Sequence record: MN508614.1
Strand: one strand, 5' to 3'
Source: Escherichia phage ES12
DNA: 64,000 nucleotides
Under the pieces are notes generated by a model that worked only from the letters and a program-made list of their open reading frames with translations, made no database searches and was not told where the DNA came from. Positions 8,529-19,880 of this stretch are shown piece after piece; the first letter of the stretch is position 1; each line of letters begins with the position of its first letter. The translations under genes were made by a program, and so were the position numbers.

Positions 8529-9137
8529 TTATTTATTACGTGAAAAAGAATGTTCTATCAATTCTGGACACTTTCGTTCTATCCATTTTCTAGCTTTTTG
8601 TGGGCTTATACCTATTATTTTAGCAGCTTTACTAACCCATCCAAATTTAGAATAATCGATTTTAACTAATTCTTCGTAAATTTCATCAGTTAAAATCTTT
8701 TCATTAATATTTACCAGTAAATGATATAATTTATTATCATTAGCAATTTTAATGAATCTTTTATAGTTTCCGCCTTTACTTAAACCTAATGAAGTAATTG
8801 CAGATGATATAGTAGTCGAATTTAATAGTGCGTTTAAAATTTCTTCATCACTAACATTATAACGCTTTCTATTATTTTTAATATTTTTACCAGCAAAAGT
8901 ATCAGTTTGCGAATGGCAATTTGGACATAATAATCTTAAATTTGATTTAAGATGATTTTTGTTATTTCCATCAATATGGTCTAATTGTAGAACAATATGC
9001 TTATTTTGCCATTTTGAAATTTTACAAATTGCACACTCATATGGAAAAATATTTTCTTTTATTATTTTGTCTTTTAGCTTTCCTGTACTAAAATTTGGGT
9101 GTTTTCCTTCAAAAATTTCAGCTAATTTAGTATCCAT
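8529..9137 (-). CDS. HNH-family homing-endonuclease-like protein
   Basis: HNH motif CAICK...LQLDHIDGNNKNHLKSNLRLLCPNCHSQTD; ORF-track start at 9161 is TTG, first ATG at 9137; stop 7 nt from tRNA-Leu 5' end. Confidence 0.8.
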   Translation of the reverse strand: MDTKLAEIFEGKHPNFSTGKLKDKIIKENIFPYECAICKISKWQNKHIVLQLDHIDGNNKNHLKSNLRLLCPNCHSQTDTFAGKNIKNNRKRYNVSDEEILNALLNSTTISSAITSLGLSKGGNYKRFIKIANDNKLYHLLVNINEKILTDEIYEELVKIDYSKFGWVSKAAKIIGISPQKARKWIERKCPELIEHSFSRNK

Positions 9138-9236
9138 AATATGATTCCCAATTATTAACAAAGGCTCTTAAGCAAGAACCCTTGATGATAGAGGGTATTA
9201 ATCAGTGCGATATGAGTTAATAATAACAAATAATTC

Positions 9237-9752
9237 TTAAAGCAAATTAAACATTTTAACGGTCGGCAAAACAATTTCTTCTTCTATATAAGAGTATTTA
9301 ACACTCTCAACTACACGCAAAAAATCATAATCATAATACTCAGAAGCATTACCTAAAATATTAATAAGTCCTTCAAGCACTTTATTACCATTCACAAAAA
9401 ATAAGTCAAATACACGTTCTTCATCTTCTTCAGATTTATTACCAAGATCAACTTCTATGCGAAAGACCTTTTTAATGAATTCTGGATAAATCTGGTCTGA
9501 GAACAGTCCTTCAACCAAGTATTCATAAATAAAAAGAGATTGCTCGCTGAACAAACCATTACCGCAATAGCGCTCAATTTTAGTACTAGAATATCTGCTT
9601 TTAAATTTCTTTAAAAGATACTGAAATTGTAAGATTTCATGCTCTTCTACGCCAAACAGTGTTTTAGTTTTATAGTTGTCACCATCATTTTCCCAGGTAG
9701 TGACATCAATTACGTAGCCCTGCGGAATTGTAGTACCTAAACAAATATTCAT
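9237..9752 (-). CDS. Hypothetical protein
   Basis: 171-aa ORF with ATG start, tightly packed with neighbours. Confidence 0.55.
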   Translation of the reverse strand: MNICLGTTIPQGYVIDVTTWENDGDNYKTKTLFGVEEHEILQFQYLLKKFKSRYSSTKIERYCGNGLFSEQSLFIYEYLVEGLFSDQIYPEFIKKVFRIEVDLGNKSEEDEERVFDLFFVNGNKVLEGLINILGNASEYYDYDFLRVVESVKYSYIEEEIVLPTVKMFNLL

Positions 9753-9755
9753 TTT

Positions 9756-10052
9756 TCACCATGCTGCGTTAATGTAAGTATATTTAATACATTCAAGACC
9801 CAAAGGATTCTTGAAAATATCATATTCAAGAAGACCTTTTTCTGTTTCAATAAAGAAATCAAAATTTACTGTATTAAATTTACGGTCTTCCTTCACTAAT
9901 TTAACTTGTGAAGATGAACGGTCAATGTAAACCTTTTCAACTTCAAAACATGTTAAAATGCCATAATCATCAATCAAGGCTTTAGCTGCTTCTTGATCAT
10001 ATTTATATCCATTTTCAATGGATGATACTTTAGCATAAAGAATCATTATCAA
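9756..10052 (-). CDS. Hypothetical protein
   Basis: 98-aa ORF; start overlaps upstream stop (ATGA). Confidence 0.5.
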   Translation of the reverse strand: MIMILYAKVSSIENGYKYDQEAAKALIDDYGILTCFEVEKVYIDRSSSQVKLVKEDRKFNTVNFDFFIETEKGLLEYDIFKNPLGLECIKYTYINAAW

Positions 10053-10447
10053 CCTTCATCAACAACAGTATGCGTATTAGCATTTACGATTTGCCACCAA
10101 TCAAAGCGATTAGAATCCATCGGTTTGTTTTCATTTTCTTTGATAATGTCACGGAGTTCATCTTCAGAGAATGCTTTAGCGATTAAATCGGTATACCCAC
10201 CACGTGGATAATAATTATCACCTGCAAACAAAAGGAAATTTACCTTCCCGGAAGGAACATACGCTTCCTTAGGATACTTGTTTCCTGCGTGGTCAACCAC
10301 TTCAATATAACGGTAAGGAATATCGGTTCTTTCAACCCATTGCCATGCCGCTGCAGGGGAATCGAAAGCATCTACACCTAAACGATTATCTTCATCTTTA
10401 GACGGATTATTTTCGTAATCCGCATATACATAATATTCAACGTTCAT
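10049..10447 (-). CDS. Hypothetical protein
   Basis: 132-aa ORF; start overlaps upstream stop (TAATG). Confidence 0.55.
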   Translation of the reverse strand: MNVEYYVYADYENNPSKDEDNRLGVDAFDSPAAAWQWVERTDIPYRYIEVVDHAGNKYPKEAYVPSGKVNFLLFAGDNYYPRGGYTDLIAKAFSEDELRDIIKENENKPMDSNRFDWWQIVNANTHTVVDEG

Positions 10448-10632
10448 TATTCACCTTTAGAAATTTTATCCATAACAATAGCAATTAAACCAATTAAAAA
10501 TGCTACTACAAGTGAAAACACATTTTCTGCTGTAGTCAATAATCCACATATAAATCCAACAAACATTGAAAAACTAAAAGCGGAAGCAGAAATTGCAATA
10601 GCAACATTTCGAATTAATTCACAACGTTTCAT
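10447..10632 (-). CDS. Small hydrophobic membrane protein
   Basis: 61-aa ORF, GAGGAG RBS, own early promoter; two hydrophobic segments. Confidence 0.5.
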   Translation of the reverse strand: MKRCELIRNVAIAISASAFSFSMFVGFICGLLTTAENVFSLVVAFLIGLIAIVMDKISKGE

Positions 10633-10654
10633 TTTATTCTCCTCAGTAGTAGAT

Positions 10655-10692
10655 AGGGTAATAGTATCACTACCCTATCTAAAAGTAAACTT
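10655..10692 (-). promoter_or_regulatory. PeSL-like early promoter plus stem-loop module
   Basis: Minus strand GTTTAC-18 nt-TACTAT; inverted repeat gatagggta/taccctatc around conserved core aatagtatcac. Confidence 0.55.
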
Positions 10693-10924
10693 ATTTTTTA
10701 CGAAAAATTGATTTATTTTCTGCTGCCCATTTTTCAATAACTGCAGCAGGACCAGTAACAACAATTTTATCACCGTAATCTTCTGCGGCGAGTTGACCGA
10801 AATTATCTAATGCATCACGAAGAACTCCATGAGGCATTTCACCCATTTTATCTTTCTTGCCAGTGTAAATAAACTCAACTTTTACATCAGCAGTTTCAGC
10901 AATAAATTCTTGGTAAGTTTTCAT
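10691..10924 (-). CDS. Small internal-protein-like protein with exact CTS MKTYQEFIAE
   Basis: Start set at Met5 of the ORF-track ORF (GGAAA RBS); 77 aa; N-terminus MKTYQEFIAETADVK. Confidence 0.65.
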   Translation of the reverse strand: MKTYQEFIAETADVKVEFIYTGKKDKMGEMPHGVLRDALDNFGQLAAEDYGDKIVVTGPAAVIEKWAAENKSIFRKK

Positions 10925-10952
10925 TTTGATTTCCATTTGGTTTTGTTTTGAT

Positions 10953-10990
10953 AGGGTAATAGTATCACAACTAAAACCCTATGTAAACAA
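10953..10990 (-). promoter_or_regulatory. PeSL-like early promoter plus stem-loop module
   Basis: Minus strand GTTTAC-18 nt-TACTAT with inverted repeat atagggt/accctat; core aatagtatcac. Confidence 0.55.
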
Positions 10991-11000
10991 CTTTGTGAAA

Positions 11001-11258
11001 TTATTTTAAATCTTCTAATCGTTTCTTCATCTTAGAACCGTTCTTAGCGATTTCGCCTGCATCAGAGCATAATGCTAAAAGCGCTTTAACTTTAGTTTGG
11101 TCTCCTTTAAAAGATGAAGGATCAACAGCAGCAGCAAGTTCTTTAATACGAGAGAAAAGACGCTCAGCTTCAGCTAAAGCCATTCCAAGCTTTACTTCCA
11201 TACCATGAGAAGATTCAGTAATAGTAGTTTTTGTAGCAAACTCTTTGAAAGTTTTCAT
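11001..11258 (-). CDS. Small protein with CTS-like N-terminus MKTFKEFATK (I-T-E site at residues 13-15)
   Basis: 85-aa ORF, AGGAAA RBS, own early promoter. Confidence 0.55.
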   Translation of the reverse strand: MKTFKEFATKTTITESSHGMEVKLGMALAEAERLFSRIKELAAAVDPSSFKGDQTKVKALLALCSDAGEIAKNGSKMKKRLEDLK

Positions 11259-11282
11259 TTTTATTTTCCTAATTAATTTTGA

Positions 11283-11320
11283 TGAGGTAATAGTATCACT
11301 ACCTCATCAGTATGTAAACA
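11283..11320 (-). promoter_or_regulatory. PeSL-like early promoter plus stem-loop module
   Basis: Minus strand GTTTAC-18 nt-TACTAT; inverted repeat gatgaggta/tacctcatc; core aatagtatcac. Confidence 0.55.
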
Positions 11321-11331
11321 ACTTTGTGAAA

Positions 11332-12028
<697 letters not shown>

Positions 12029-12029
<1 letters not shown>

Positions 12030-12754
12030 TATAGTACCTTTAGTGTATTTTTAATTTTAGAAAAAAGTTCTTCAAGAGAACCATCGTTTGTAATTACTAA
12101 ATCGCCATCACGAATTGGCAATCCAGCTTCTGTAATATGTGTATCATTGGATTTTTGACCAGGACGAACTACATGAATTACTGTAGCACCCATCGCCCTA
12201 GCCGCATCCATTTCATGATCTTGACGGGTATCAGGAACGATATAATAATCATAACCTGAGTTAAATTTATCAAGATAATCTAAAGCAAATAATTTTACCC
12301 AGTACATGCGGTCGAAGTTATTAACAATCAAATCCGTACCTAGGGCTTGCATCAGACGACGGACTGACCATTGATCTTCAATATTATTTATAACGTCAGT
12401 AATTTTGTTAAATGCTACGAAATTAACTGATTCTTTTCCTTCGTCGTCAAAAACAAACACGCCTTTAATCGGGCTTTTACTATTAAGATAGCAAAATGCT
12501 TGTTCCATAATCATAATTACTTCTAATTTAGTCAAATTCAAATTAGTCTCACGATCATAGTCAATTCCTTCAAACTCTTTACGAGTTAAGCAAGGATAAT
12601 CATTGTTTGCAGCAAATACACCCCATGCATAAGCCAATGCATCCTTAATAGGACCAGCAAGTTGATATTTAACTGCAGAATAATTATTCATGATAAAATC
12701 TGCAGTAGTATCTTTTCCACTACGCTTTACACCACTTAAAAAGATTAGTTTCAT
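12029..12754 (-). CDS. 1: Deoxynucleoside monophosphate kinase (gene 1)
   Basis: 241-aa ORF with P-loop GVKRSGKDT; T4 synteny and size. Confidence 0.95.
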
Positions 12755-12779
12755 GTGTTTCTCCTCAAATTTAGTTAAG

Positions 12780-12806
12780 ATTATAACACATGAAACTGAA
12801 GCATTA
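12780..12806 (-). promoter_or_regulatory. Candidate T4 middle promoter (MotA box plus -10) upstream of gene 1
   Basis: Minus strand TAATGCTTCA then 13 nt then TATAAT preceded by TG. Confidence 0.45.
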
Positions 12807-13334
12807 AACTTCTGCTATAATTTTGCCATCTTTTTCTACTTGAAAATACGTATAAGGAATCGTTGCTGTGCATACTAAAGCCGGGTCTGAATCTTCCGTG
12901 TAGCTAAATTCTACTTCAGACAGGTCAGAAACCCAGGGCTTATAAAAATTTATTGACATCACGATTTCAGTTTTACTATTATCTAAAATGTAAAGCGTAA
13001 TGTATTCAGGACCTGTTTTTTGGGCAGTATTTTCGCCTGTAAGATAGTTACTAGTTCCTAACATCCATTCATACATTCCTATCCACGACTTAAGTTCTTC
13101 ATCAACTATAAATCTCACAATGAGTGGATCATACTCAAATGTAACACCTGGACGTTGTGCTCGACCCAGGCCAAATGGCCCAGTCACGGTATCAGTAACA
13201 GGTATCCTAATTCCTGGAATAGGAACTGACTGAGCATTTAAAGTAAAAGCAGATGTAGTATTACTATGCGGTATTGATACTACAAAGTTAGTTGTATTTG
13301 CTTGGTTAAAAATTTGTTGCAGTGCTTGCGACAT
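12804..13334 (-). CDS. 3: gp3 tail tube terminator / sheath stabiliser
   Basis: ORF-track start at 13415 is TTG; first ATG at 13334 has GAGGAA RBS and gives 176 aa, matching T4 gp3. Confidence 0.85.
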   Translation of the reverse strand: MSQALQQIFNQANTTNFVVSIPHSNTTSAFTLNAQSVPIPGIRIPVTDTVTGPFGLGRAQRPGVTFEYDPLIVRFIVDEELKSWIGMYEWMLGTSNYLTGENTAQKTGPEYITLYILDNSKTEIVMSINFYKPWVSDLSEVEFSYTEDSDPALVCTATIPYTYFQVEKDGKIIAEV

Positions 13335-13440
13335 ATATTCCTCATAATGCTTTATAAATGTTGGTGGTATAATGGGTCTAAGTCCCTTCCATTCAATTCC
13401 AATTAGAACAAACAATAGAAAAGAATGGAAGATAATAGAA

Positions 13441-14265
13441 TTAGATATTTGACCAGACTTTGTTTGCAGAGAAACGTTTTCCTTTTGAAACGAACTGCTG
13501 AAGTGGCATCAACACAACGTTCGCCCAGTCTTTCGGGGCGATTTCAACAAGGCTACCCATAATATTACCAGGTATATATGCCTTAATCATTTGGTCTGCA
13601 CCCCTAAATCCTTTCACTTGACTCCAATCAATTTTTAATTTCGTTTTATTAGTAATAGTAGGTGTATTTGAGTATTGCTTTAAAAGCTCTTCTAGAAACT
13701 GTTGACGAGCTTTAGGTGGAATATAGTGCAAGTTTAATCCATACATTAAATTATGCTTACCTAAACCAAGGTAAATTATTAAAGGAAATTTATCCCAGTA
13801 AGGAAGAGTTTCCTTGTGTTTAGCATCATAAGCAAAAGCATATATTCGTCCCGGCTGCGGGCGAACAACTTTATGTCCTTTTACTTGCTTAATAGTTTCA
13901 GCAAACCACTTTCTGGTTTTATTATTAATTGCTGCACCTTCATTACGAATTTTATCACGCAATGTTTGTCTGAATGAATTTATCATAAGCAGTTGTCTTT
14001 CTTGCTTATTGAGTTTATTCATTGGTTTTGATTCAAGCTTTTGAATCTTTTCAGCCGTTTTAATTCCTGAAGCATATTTTGACATTGCCGAAGTAAACGT
14101 AGAGTATTTAATTCCTCTTTCTTCAGCAAATTGCTTTCCTGACATTCCTTTTGCTTTGGCCTTTTTATATTCAAGACCTATTTGAATCCATTTCTTTTCG
14201 TTTAATGATTGCTTAACCTTTGGAACTTGGGGAGTGCTTTCATTAATTATTTGAAAAATAGCCAT
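13441..14265 (-). CDS. 2: gp2 DNA end-protector protein
   Basis: 274-aa ORF, T4 synteny and size. Confidence 0.9.
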   Translation of the reverse strand: MAIFQIINESTPQVPKVKQSLNEKKWIQIGLEYKKAKAKGMSGKQFAEERGIKYSTFTSAMSKYASGIKTAEKIQKLESKPMNKLNKQERQLLMINSFRQTLRDKIRNEGAAINNKTRKWFAETIKQVKGHKVVRPQPGRIYAFAYDAKHKETLPYWDKFPLIIYLGLGKHNLMYGLNLHYIPPKARQQFLEELLKQYSNTPTITNKTKLKIDWSQVKGFRGADQMIKAYIPGNIMGSLVEIAPKDWANVVLMPLQQFVSKGKRFSANKVWSNI

Positions 14266-14717
14266 TATGCCCCCTTAAAGCCAAGAGCTCGTAATCCATC
14301 TTCTGTTAGAATTCTAAATTTTATTCCACGCTTTTCAGCTAAAGATTGCGCTGCTTTCCATTTGTCAGTATTAACGGAATATGTATAAATTTCATTCATA
14401 AATCTTTTCTTCGCTGCAGTTGTTAGATGTGCTGGTTTAACTGGTGGTTGTGTTTCTTTTTTAGGTTTTATTTCAATAAAAAATTCTTGTCCAGAAGAAT
14501 CTTTCATCCAAATATCCATGAAGTATCTACGTTTTTTCCCTTCTGCATTACAAAAATAAGGAATTACTGCTGTTTCACTACCCCATGCAATAATTTCTGG
14601 ATTTTTATCTAACCATTCAAAAAAGAATTTTTCCCAATTTGATCTATACGTAATTTTTTTAGGGTCACCTCTATACTTTGATATATTTTTAGGAACCCAT
14701 TTTCCAGAATATGCCAT
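14265..14717 (-). CDS. 4: gp4 head completion protein
   Basis: 150-aa ORF, T4 synteny and size. Confidence 0.9.
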   Translation of the reverse strand: MAYSGKWVPKNISKYRGDPKKITYRSNWEKFFFEWLDKNPEIIAWGSETAVIPYFCNAEGKKRRYFMDIWMKDSSGQEFFIEIKPKKETQPPVKPAHLTTAAKKRFMNEIYTYSVNTDKWKAAQSLAEKRGIKFRILTEDGLRALGFKGA

Positions 14718-14728
14718 TGGATTCTCCT

Positions 14729-14736
14729 TATAAATA
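14729..14736 (+). promoter_or_regulatory. T4 late promoter TATAAATA upstream of gene 53
   Basis: Exact TATAAATA about 30 nt upstream of the ATG at 14765. Confidence 0.5.
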
Positions 14737-14764
14737 GATAATATATTTATAAACAGGAGGGCCC

Positions 14765-15355
14765 ATGCTCTTTACATTTTTTGATCCGATTGAATATGCG
14801 GCCAAAACGGTGAATAAAAACGCGCCGACTATTCCTATGACAGATATTTTTAGAAACTATAAAGACTATTTTAAACGCGCTCTTGCGGGATACCGCTTAC
14901 GTACTTATTATATCAAAGGTTCACCACGCCCGGAAGAATTAGCAAATACTATATATGGAAATCCACAGTTGTATTGGGTTTTATTGATGTGTAATGATAA
15001 TTATGACCCGTATTATGGATGGATTACTTCACAAGAAGCAGCTTATCAAGCATCTATACAAAAATACAAAAATGTAGGTGGAGACCAAATAGTATATCAT
15101 GTGAATGAGAACGGTGAAAAATTTTATAATTTAATATCATACGATGATAATCCATATGTTTGGTATGATAAAGGTGATAAAGCTAGAAAATATCCTCAAT
15201 ATGAAGGAGCACTTGCTGCTGTTAATACGTATGAAGATGCTGTTCTTGAAAATGAAAAACTTCGTCAAATAAAAATAATAGCAAAATCAGACATTAATTC
15301 ATTTATGAACGACCTTATACGTATAATGGAGAAATCTTATGGAAATGATAAGTAA
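14765..15355 (+). CDS. 53: gp53 baseplate wedge protein
   Basis: 196-aa ORF, T4 synteny and size. Confidence 0.9.
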   Translation: MLFTFFDPIEYAAKTVNKNAPTIPMTDIFRNYKDYFKRALAGYRLRTYYIKGSPRPEELANTIYGNPQLYWVLLMCNDNYDPYYGWITSQEAAYQASIQKYKNVGGDQIVYHVNENGEKFYNLISYDDNPYVWYDKGDKARKYPQYEGALAAVNTYEDAVLENEKLRQIKIIAKSDINSFMNDLIRIMEKSYGNDK

Positions 15356-17066
15356 TAACCTTAATTGGTTTGTTGGTGTTGTTGAAGATAGAATGGACCC
15401 ATTAAAATTAGGTCGTGTTCGTGTTCGTGTGGTTGGTCTGCATCCACCTCAAAGAGCACAAGGCGATGTAATGGGTATTCCAACTGAAAAATTACCATGG
15501 ATGTCAGTTATTCAACCTATAACTTCTGCAGCAATGTCTGGAATTGGAGGTTCTGTTACTGGACCGGTAGAAGGAACTAGAGTTTATGGTCATTTTTTAG
15601 ACAAATGGAAAACTAACGGAATTGTCCTTGGCACGTATGGTGGAATAGTTCGCGAAAAACCGAATAGACTTGAAGGATTTTCTGACCCAACTGGGCAATA
15701 TCCTAGACGTCTAGGAAATGATACTAACGTATTAAACCAAGGCGGAGAAGTAGGATATGATTCGTCTTCTAATATTATCCAAGATAGCAATCTAGACACT
15801 GCAATAAATCCCGATGATAGACCACTATCAGAGATTCCAACCGATGATAATCCAAATATGTCAATGGCTGAAATGCTTCGCCGTGATGAAGGATTAAGAT
15901 TAAAAGTTTATTGGGATACCGAAGGATATCCGACAATTGGTATTGGTCATCTTATCATGAAGCAACCAGTTCGTGATATGGCTCAAATTAATAAAGTTTT
16001 ATCGAAACAAGTTGGTCGTGAAATTACTGGAAACCCAGGTTCTATTACAATGGAAGAAGCGACGACTTTATTTGAACGTGATTTGGCTGATATGCAAAGG
16101 GATATTAAATCACATTCTAAAGTAGGACCAGTCTGGCAAGCTGTCAACCGTTCTCGTCAAATGGCATTAGAAAATATGGCGTTTCAGATGGGTGTTGGCG
16201 GTGTAGCTAAATTTAACACAATGTTAACTGCTATGTTAGCAGGAGATTGGGAAAAAGCATATAAAGCCGGTCGTGATTCATTGTGGTATCAACAAACAAA
16301 AGGCCGTGCATCCCGTGTTACCATGATTATTCTTACGGGGAATTTGGAATCATATGGTGTTGAAGTGAAAACCCCAGCTAGGTCTCTATCAGCAATGGCT
16401 GCTACTGTAGCTAAATCTTCTGACCCGGCTGACCCTCCTATTCCAAATGACTCGAGAATTTTATTCAAAGAACCAGTTTCTTCATATAAAGGTGAATATC
16501 CTTATGTGCATACAATGGAAACTGAAAGCGGACATATTCAGGAATTTGATGATACTCCTGGGCAAGAACGATACAGATTAGTTCATCCGACTGGAACTTA
16601 TGAAGAAGTATCACCGTCAGGAAGAAGAACAAGAAAAACTGTCGATAATTTGTATGATATAACCAACGCTGATGGTAATTTTTTGGTAGCCGGTGATAAA
16701 AAGACTAACGTCGGTGGATCAGAAATTTATTACAACATGGATAATCGTCTTCACCAAATAGATGGAAGCAATACAATATTTGTACGTGGCGATGAAACTA
16801 AGACAGTTGAAGGCAATGGAACTATCCTAGTTAAAGGTAATGTTACTATTGTAGTTGAAGGTAATGCTGACATTACAGTTAAAGGAGATGCTACTACTTT
16901 AGTTGAAGGAAATCAAACTAACACAGTAAATGGAAATCTTTCTTGGAAAGTTGCTGGGACAGTTGATTGGGACGTTGGTGGTGATTGGACAGAAAAAATG
17001 GCATCTATGAGTTCTATTTCATCTGGTCAATACACAATTGATGGATCGAGGATTGACATTGGCTAA
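15339..17066 (+). CDS. 5: gp5 baseplate hub and tail lysozyme (cell-puncturing device)
   Basis: 575 aa; N-terminus MEMISNNLNWFVGVVEDRMDPLKLGRVRVRVVGLH; lysozyme domain; C-terminal VxGxxxxx beta-helix repeats. Confidence 0.97.
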   Translation: MEMISNNLNWFVGVVEDRMDPLKLGRVRVRVVGLHPPQRAQGDVMGIPTEKLPWMSVIQPITSAAMSGIGGSVTGPVEGTRVYGHFLDKWKTNGIVLGTYGGIVREKPNRLEGFSDPTGQYPRRLGNDTNVLNQGGEVGYDSSSNIIQDSNLDTAINPDDRPLSEIPTDDNPNMSMAEMLRRDEGLRLKVYWDTEGYPTIGIGHLIMKQPVRDMAQINKVLSKQVGREITGNPGSITMEEATTLFERDLADMQRDIKSHSKVGPVWQAVNRSRQMALENMAFQMGVGGVAKFNTMLTAMLAGDWEKAYKAGRDSLWYQQTKGRASRVTMIILTGNLESYGVEVKTPARSLSAMAATVAKSSDPADPPIPNDSRILFKEPVSSYKGEYPYVHTMETESGHIQEFDDTPGQERYRLVHPTGTYEEVSPSGRRTRKTVDNLYDITNADGNFLVAGDKKTNVGGSEIYYNMDNRLHQIDGSNTIFVRGDETKTVEGNGTILVKGNVTIVVEGNADITVKGDATTLVEGNQTNTVNGNLSWKVAGTVDWDVGGDWTEKMASMSSISSGQYTIDGSRIDIG

Positions 17067-17595
17067 TATACTTCCAATGAGCGCTGATTTAGGAGAATCC
17101 ATGGAAGGTTCTTCTATCGACGTCACCTTTACCGCTCAATTAGAAACAGGTGAAACGTTAGTATCTATAAATATAACTAGTTACGAAGAAACTCCTGGGG
17201 TTTTAGTAGAAGAAAATCGCTTATACGGAACATATGAATCTGTGTTTGGATTTGGAAATGACGCGTTGAAATATCGTTTAGGCGATGAATTTAAAACTGC
17301 TGCTTCATGGGAAGAACTTCCTACTGATTCTGATACTCAGTTGTATTTGTGGAAAGCTCCTCAGAACCTCCAGAAGACATTCACTTACGAAGTAACATTA
17401 ATATATGACTACCAAGAACAAAGTGAATCTGGAGGTTCTGGCAGTAATTCTAGGTCATCCTCTGATACTACTGAACCGACGGATCCTCCTGCTCCAGTAA
17501 GAAAAACTCTAGTTAAAAATTACACAAAAACTATAGTTGGAAATTGGAGTCGTTGGGCTAATAAATTAAGAAGCTATGTATATGAGAGGTCATAA
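17038..17595 (+). CDS. 5.1: gp5.1-like protein (start uncertain)
   Basis: ORF between gp5 and gp5.4 in T4 synteny. Confidence 0.6.
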
Positions 17596-17889
17596 ATGTC
17601 AGGATTGAGTTATGATAAGTGTGTTACTGCTGGCCATGAAGCGTGGCCTCCAACAGTTGTGAATGCTACGCAAAGTAAAGTATTCACTGGAGGAATTGCT
17701 GTTCTAGTAGCAGGCGATCCAATTACAGAACATACAGAAATTAAAAAGCCATATGAAACACATGGCGGAGTGACACAACCTAGAACTTCTAAGGTATATG
17801 TCACTGGAAAGAAAGCTGTTCAAATGGCTGATCCAATATCATGCGGTGATACTGTGGCTCAGGCATCATCTAAAGTATTCATTAAATAG
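17596..17889 (+). CDS. 5.4: gp5.4 PAAR-repeat spike tip protein
   Basis: 97-aa ORF in T4 gp5.4 position. Confidence 0.85.
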
Positions 17890-17897
17890 GATTTAAA

Positions 17898-19880
17898 ATG
17901 ACAAATACCCCTGTAAATTATCAATTAACAAGAACAGCAAATGCTATTCCCGAGATATTCGTCGGGGGTACGTTTGCTGAAATAAAACAAAACCTCATTG
18001 AATGGCTTAATGGCCAAAATGAATTTTTGGATTATGATTTTGAAGGCTCAAGATTAAACGTTCTGTGTGACCTTTTAGCTTATAATACATTGTACATTCA
18101 ACAGTTTGGTAATGCTGCTGTGTATGAAAGCTTTATGCGTACTGCTAACTTACGAAGTTCAGTTGTTCAAGCTGCACAAGATAACGGATATTTACCTACT
18201 TCAAAATCCGCTGCGCAGACCGAAATTATGTTAACATGCACCGACGCATTGAATAGGAATTACATTACTATTCCTCGCGGAACTCGCTTTTTAGCATATG
18301 CAAAAGATACTTCTGTTAATCCATATAACTTCGTTTCTACCGAAGACGTTATTGCTATTCGTGATAAAAATAACCAATATTTTCCGCGTTTAAAATTGGC
18401 CCAGGGACGTATAGTAAGAACTGAAATCATTTATGATAAATTAACACCTATTATCATTTATGATAAAAATATTGATAGAAACCAGGTTAAATTATATGTT
18501 GATGGAGCGGAATGGATTAACTGGACGAGAAAGTCAATGGTTCATGCTGGTTCAACATCAACGATTTACTATATGCGTGAAACTATTGATGGAAACACTG
18601 AATTCTATTTTGGTGAAGGTGAAATTTCTGTTAATGCTTCTGAAGGAGCTTTAACTGCCAATTATATCGGAGGTCTTAAACCTACTCAGAACTCTACGAT
18701 TGTTATTGAGTACATCAGTACTAATGGTGCTGACGCGAACGGAGCAGTCGGATTTTCATACGCAGATACATTAACAAATATAACTGTTATCAATATTAAT
18801 GAAAATCCAAACGATGACCCAGATTTTGTTGGGGCAGATGGAGGCGGTGATCCAGAAGATATTGAGCGTATTCGCGAATTGGGTACTATTAAACGCGAAA
18901 CCCAGCAACGATGCGTAACTGCGACTGATTATGATACATTCGTTTCAGAGAGATTCGGTTCTATTATTCAGGCGGTTCAGACTTTCACTGATTCTACTAA
19001 ACCTGGGTATGCATTTATTGCTGCTAAACCTAAATCAGGTCTGTATTTAACTACCGTACAGCGTGAAGATATTAAAAATTATCTCAAAGACTATAATTTA
19101 GCTCCTATTACGCCATCAATTATTTCTCCTAATTATCTTTTTATTAAGACTAATTTAAAAGTCACATATGCTTTAAATAAACTGCAAGAATCCGAACAGT
19201 GGCTTGAAGGTCAAATAATTGATAAAATTGATCGCTATTATACCGAAGATGTAGAAATTTTTAACTCATCTTTCGCTAAATCTAAGATGTTAACTTATGT
19301 AGATGATGCAGATCATTCTGTCATCGGTTCATCGGCGACTATTCAAATGGTTCGTGAAGTACAAAACTTCTATAAAACACCTGAAGCAGGTATTAAATAC
19401 AATAATCAAATAAAAGATCGTTCTATGGAATCTAATACGTTTTCATTTAATTCTGGACGAAAGGTTGTAAATCCTGATACTGGTTTAGAAGAAGATGTAT
19501 TATATGATGTTCGTATAGTATCAACAGACCGAGATTCTAAAGGAATTGGTAAAGTTATTATTGGTCCATTTGCTTCTGGCGATGTTACTGAAAATGAAAA
19601 CATTCAGCCGTATACGGGCAACGATTTTAACAAATTAGCAAATTCTGATGGACGCGACAAATACTATGTTATCGGTGAAATAAATTATCCAGCTGACATG
19701 ATTTATTGGAATATCGCTAAAATTAATTTAACATCTGAAAAATTTGAAGTTCAGACTATTGAATTATATTCTGACCCAACCGATGATGTTATCTTTACTC
19801 GCGATGGTTCACTGATTGTATTTGAAAATGACTTACGTCCACAATACTTAACTATCGATTTGGAGCCTATATCACAATGA
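17898..19880 (+). CDS. 6: gp6 baseplate wedge protein
   Basis: 660 aa, T4 synteny and size. Confidence 0.95.
   Translation: MTNTPVNYQLTRTANAIPEIFVGGTFAEIKQNLIEWLNGQNEFLDYDFEGSRLNVLCDLLAYNTLYIQQFGNAAVYESFMRTANLRSSVVQAAQDNGYLPTSKSAAQTEIMLTCTDALNRNYITIPRGTRFLAYAKDTSVNPYNFVSTEDVIAIRDKNNQYFPRLKLAQGRIVRTEIIYDKLTPIIIYDKNIDRNQVKLYVDGAEWINWTRKSMVHAGSTSTIYYMRETIDGNTEFYFGEGEISVNASEGALTANYIGGLKPTQNSTIVIEYISTNGADANGAVGFSYADTLTNITVININENPNDDPDFVGADGGGDPEDIERIRELGTIKRETQQRCVTATDYDTFVSERFGSIIQAVQTFTDSTKPGYAFIAAKPKSGLYLTTVQREDIKNYLKDYNLAPITPSIISPNYLFIKTNLKVTYALNKLQESEQWLEGQIIDKIDRYYTEDVEIFNSSFAKSKMLTYVDDADHSVIGSSATIQMVREVQNFYKTPEAGIKYNNQIKDRSMESNTFSFNSGRKVVNPDTGLEEDVLYDVRIVSTDRDSKGIGKVIIGPFASGDVTENENIQPYTGNDFNKLANSDGRDKYYVIGEINYPADMIYWNIAKINLTSEKFEVQTIELYSDPTDDVIFTRDGSLIVFENDLRPQYLTIDLEPISQ

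Noticed and set aside
17610-17804. Minus-strand 64-aa ORF inside gene 5.4
   Set aside because: Antisense to a conserved structural gene; no start signals.
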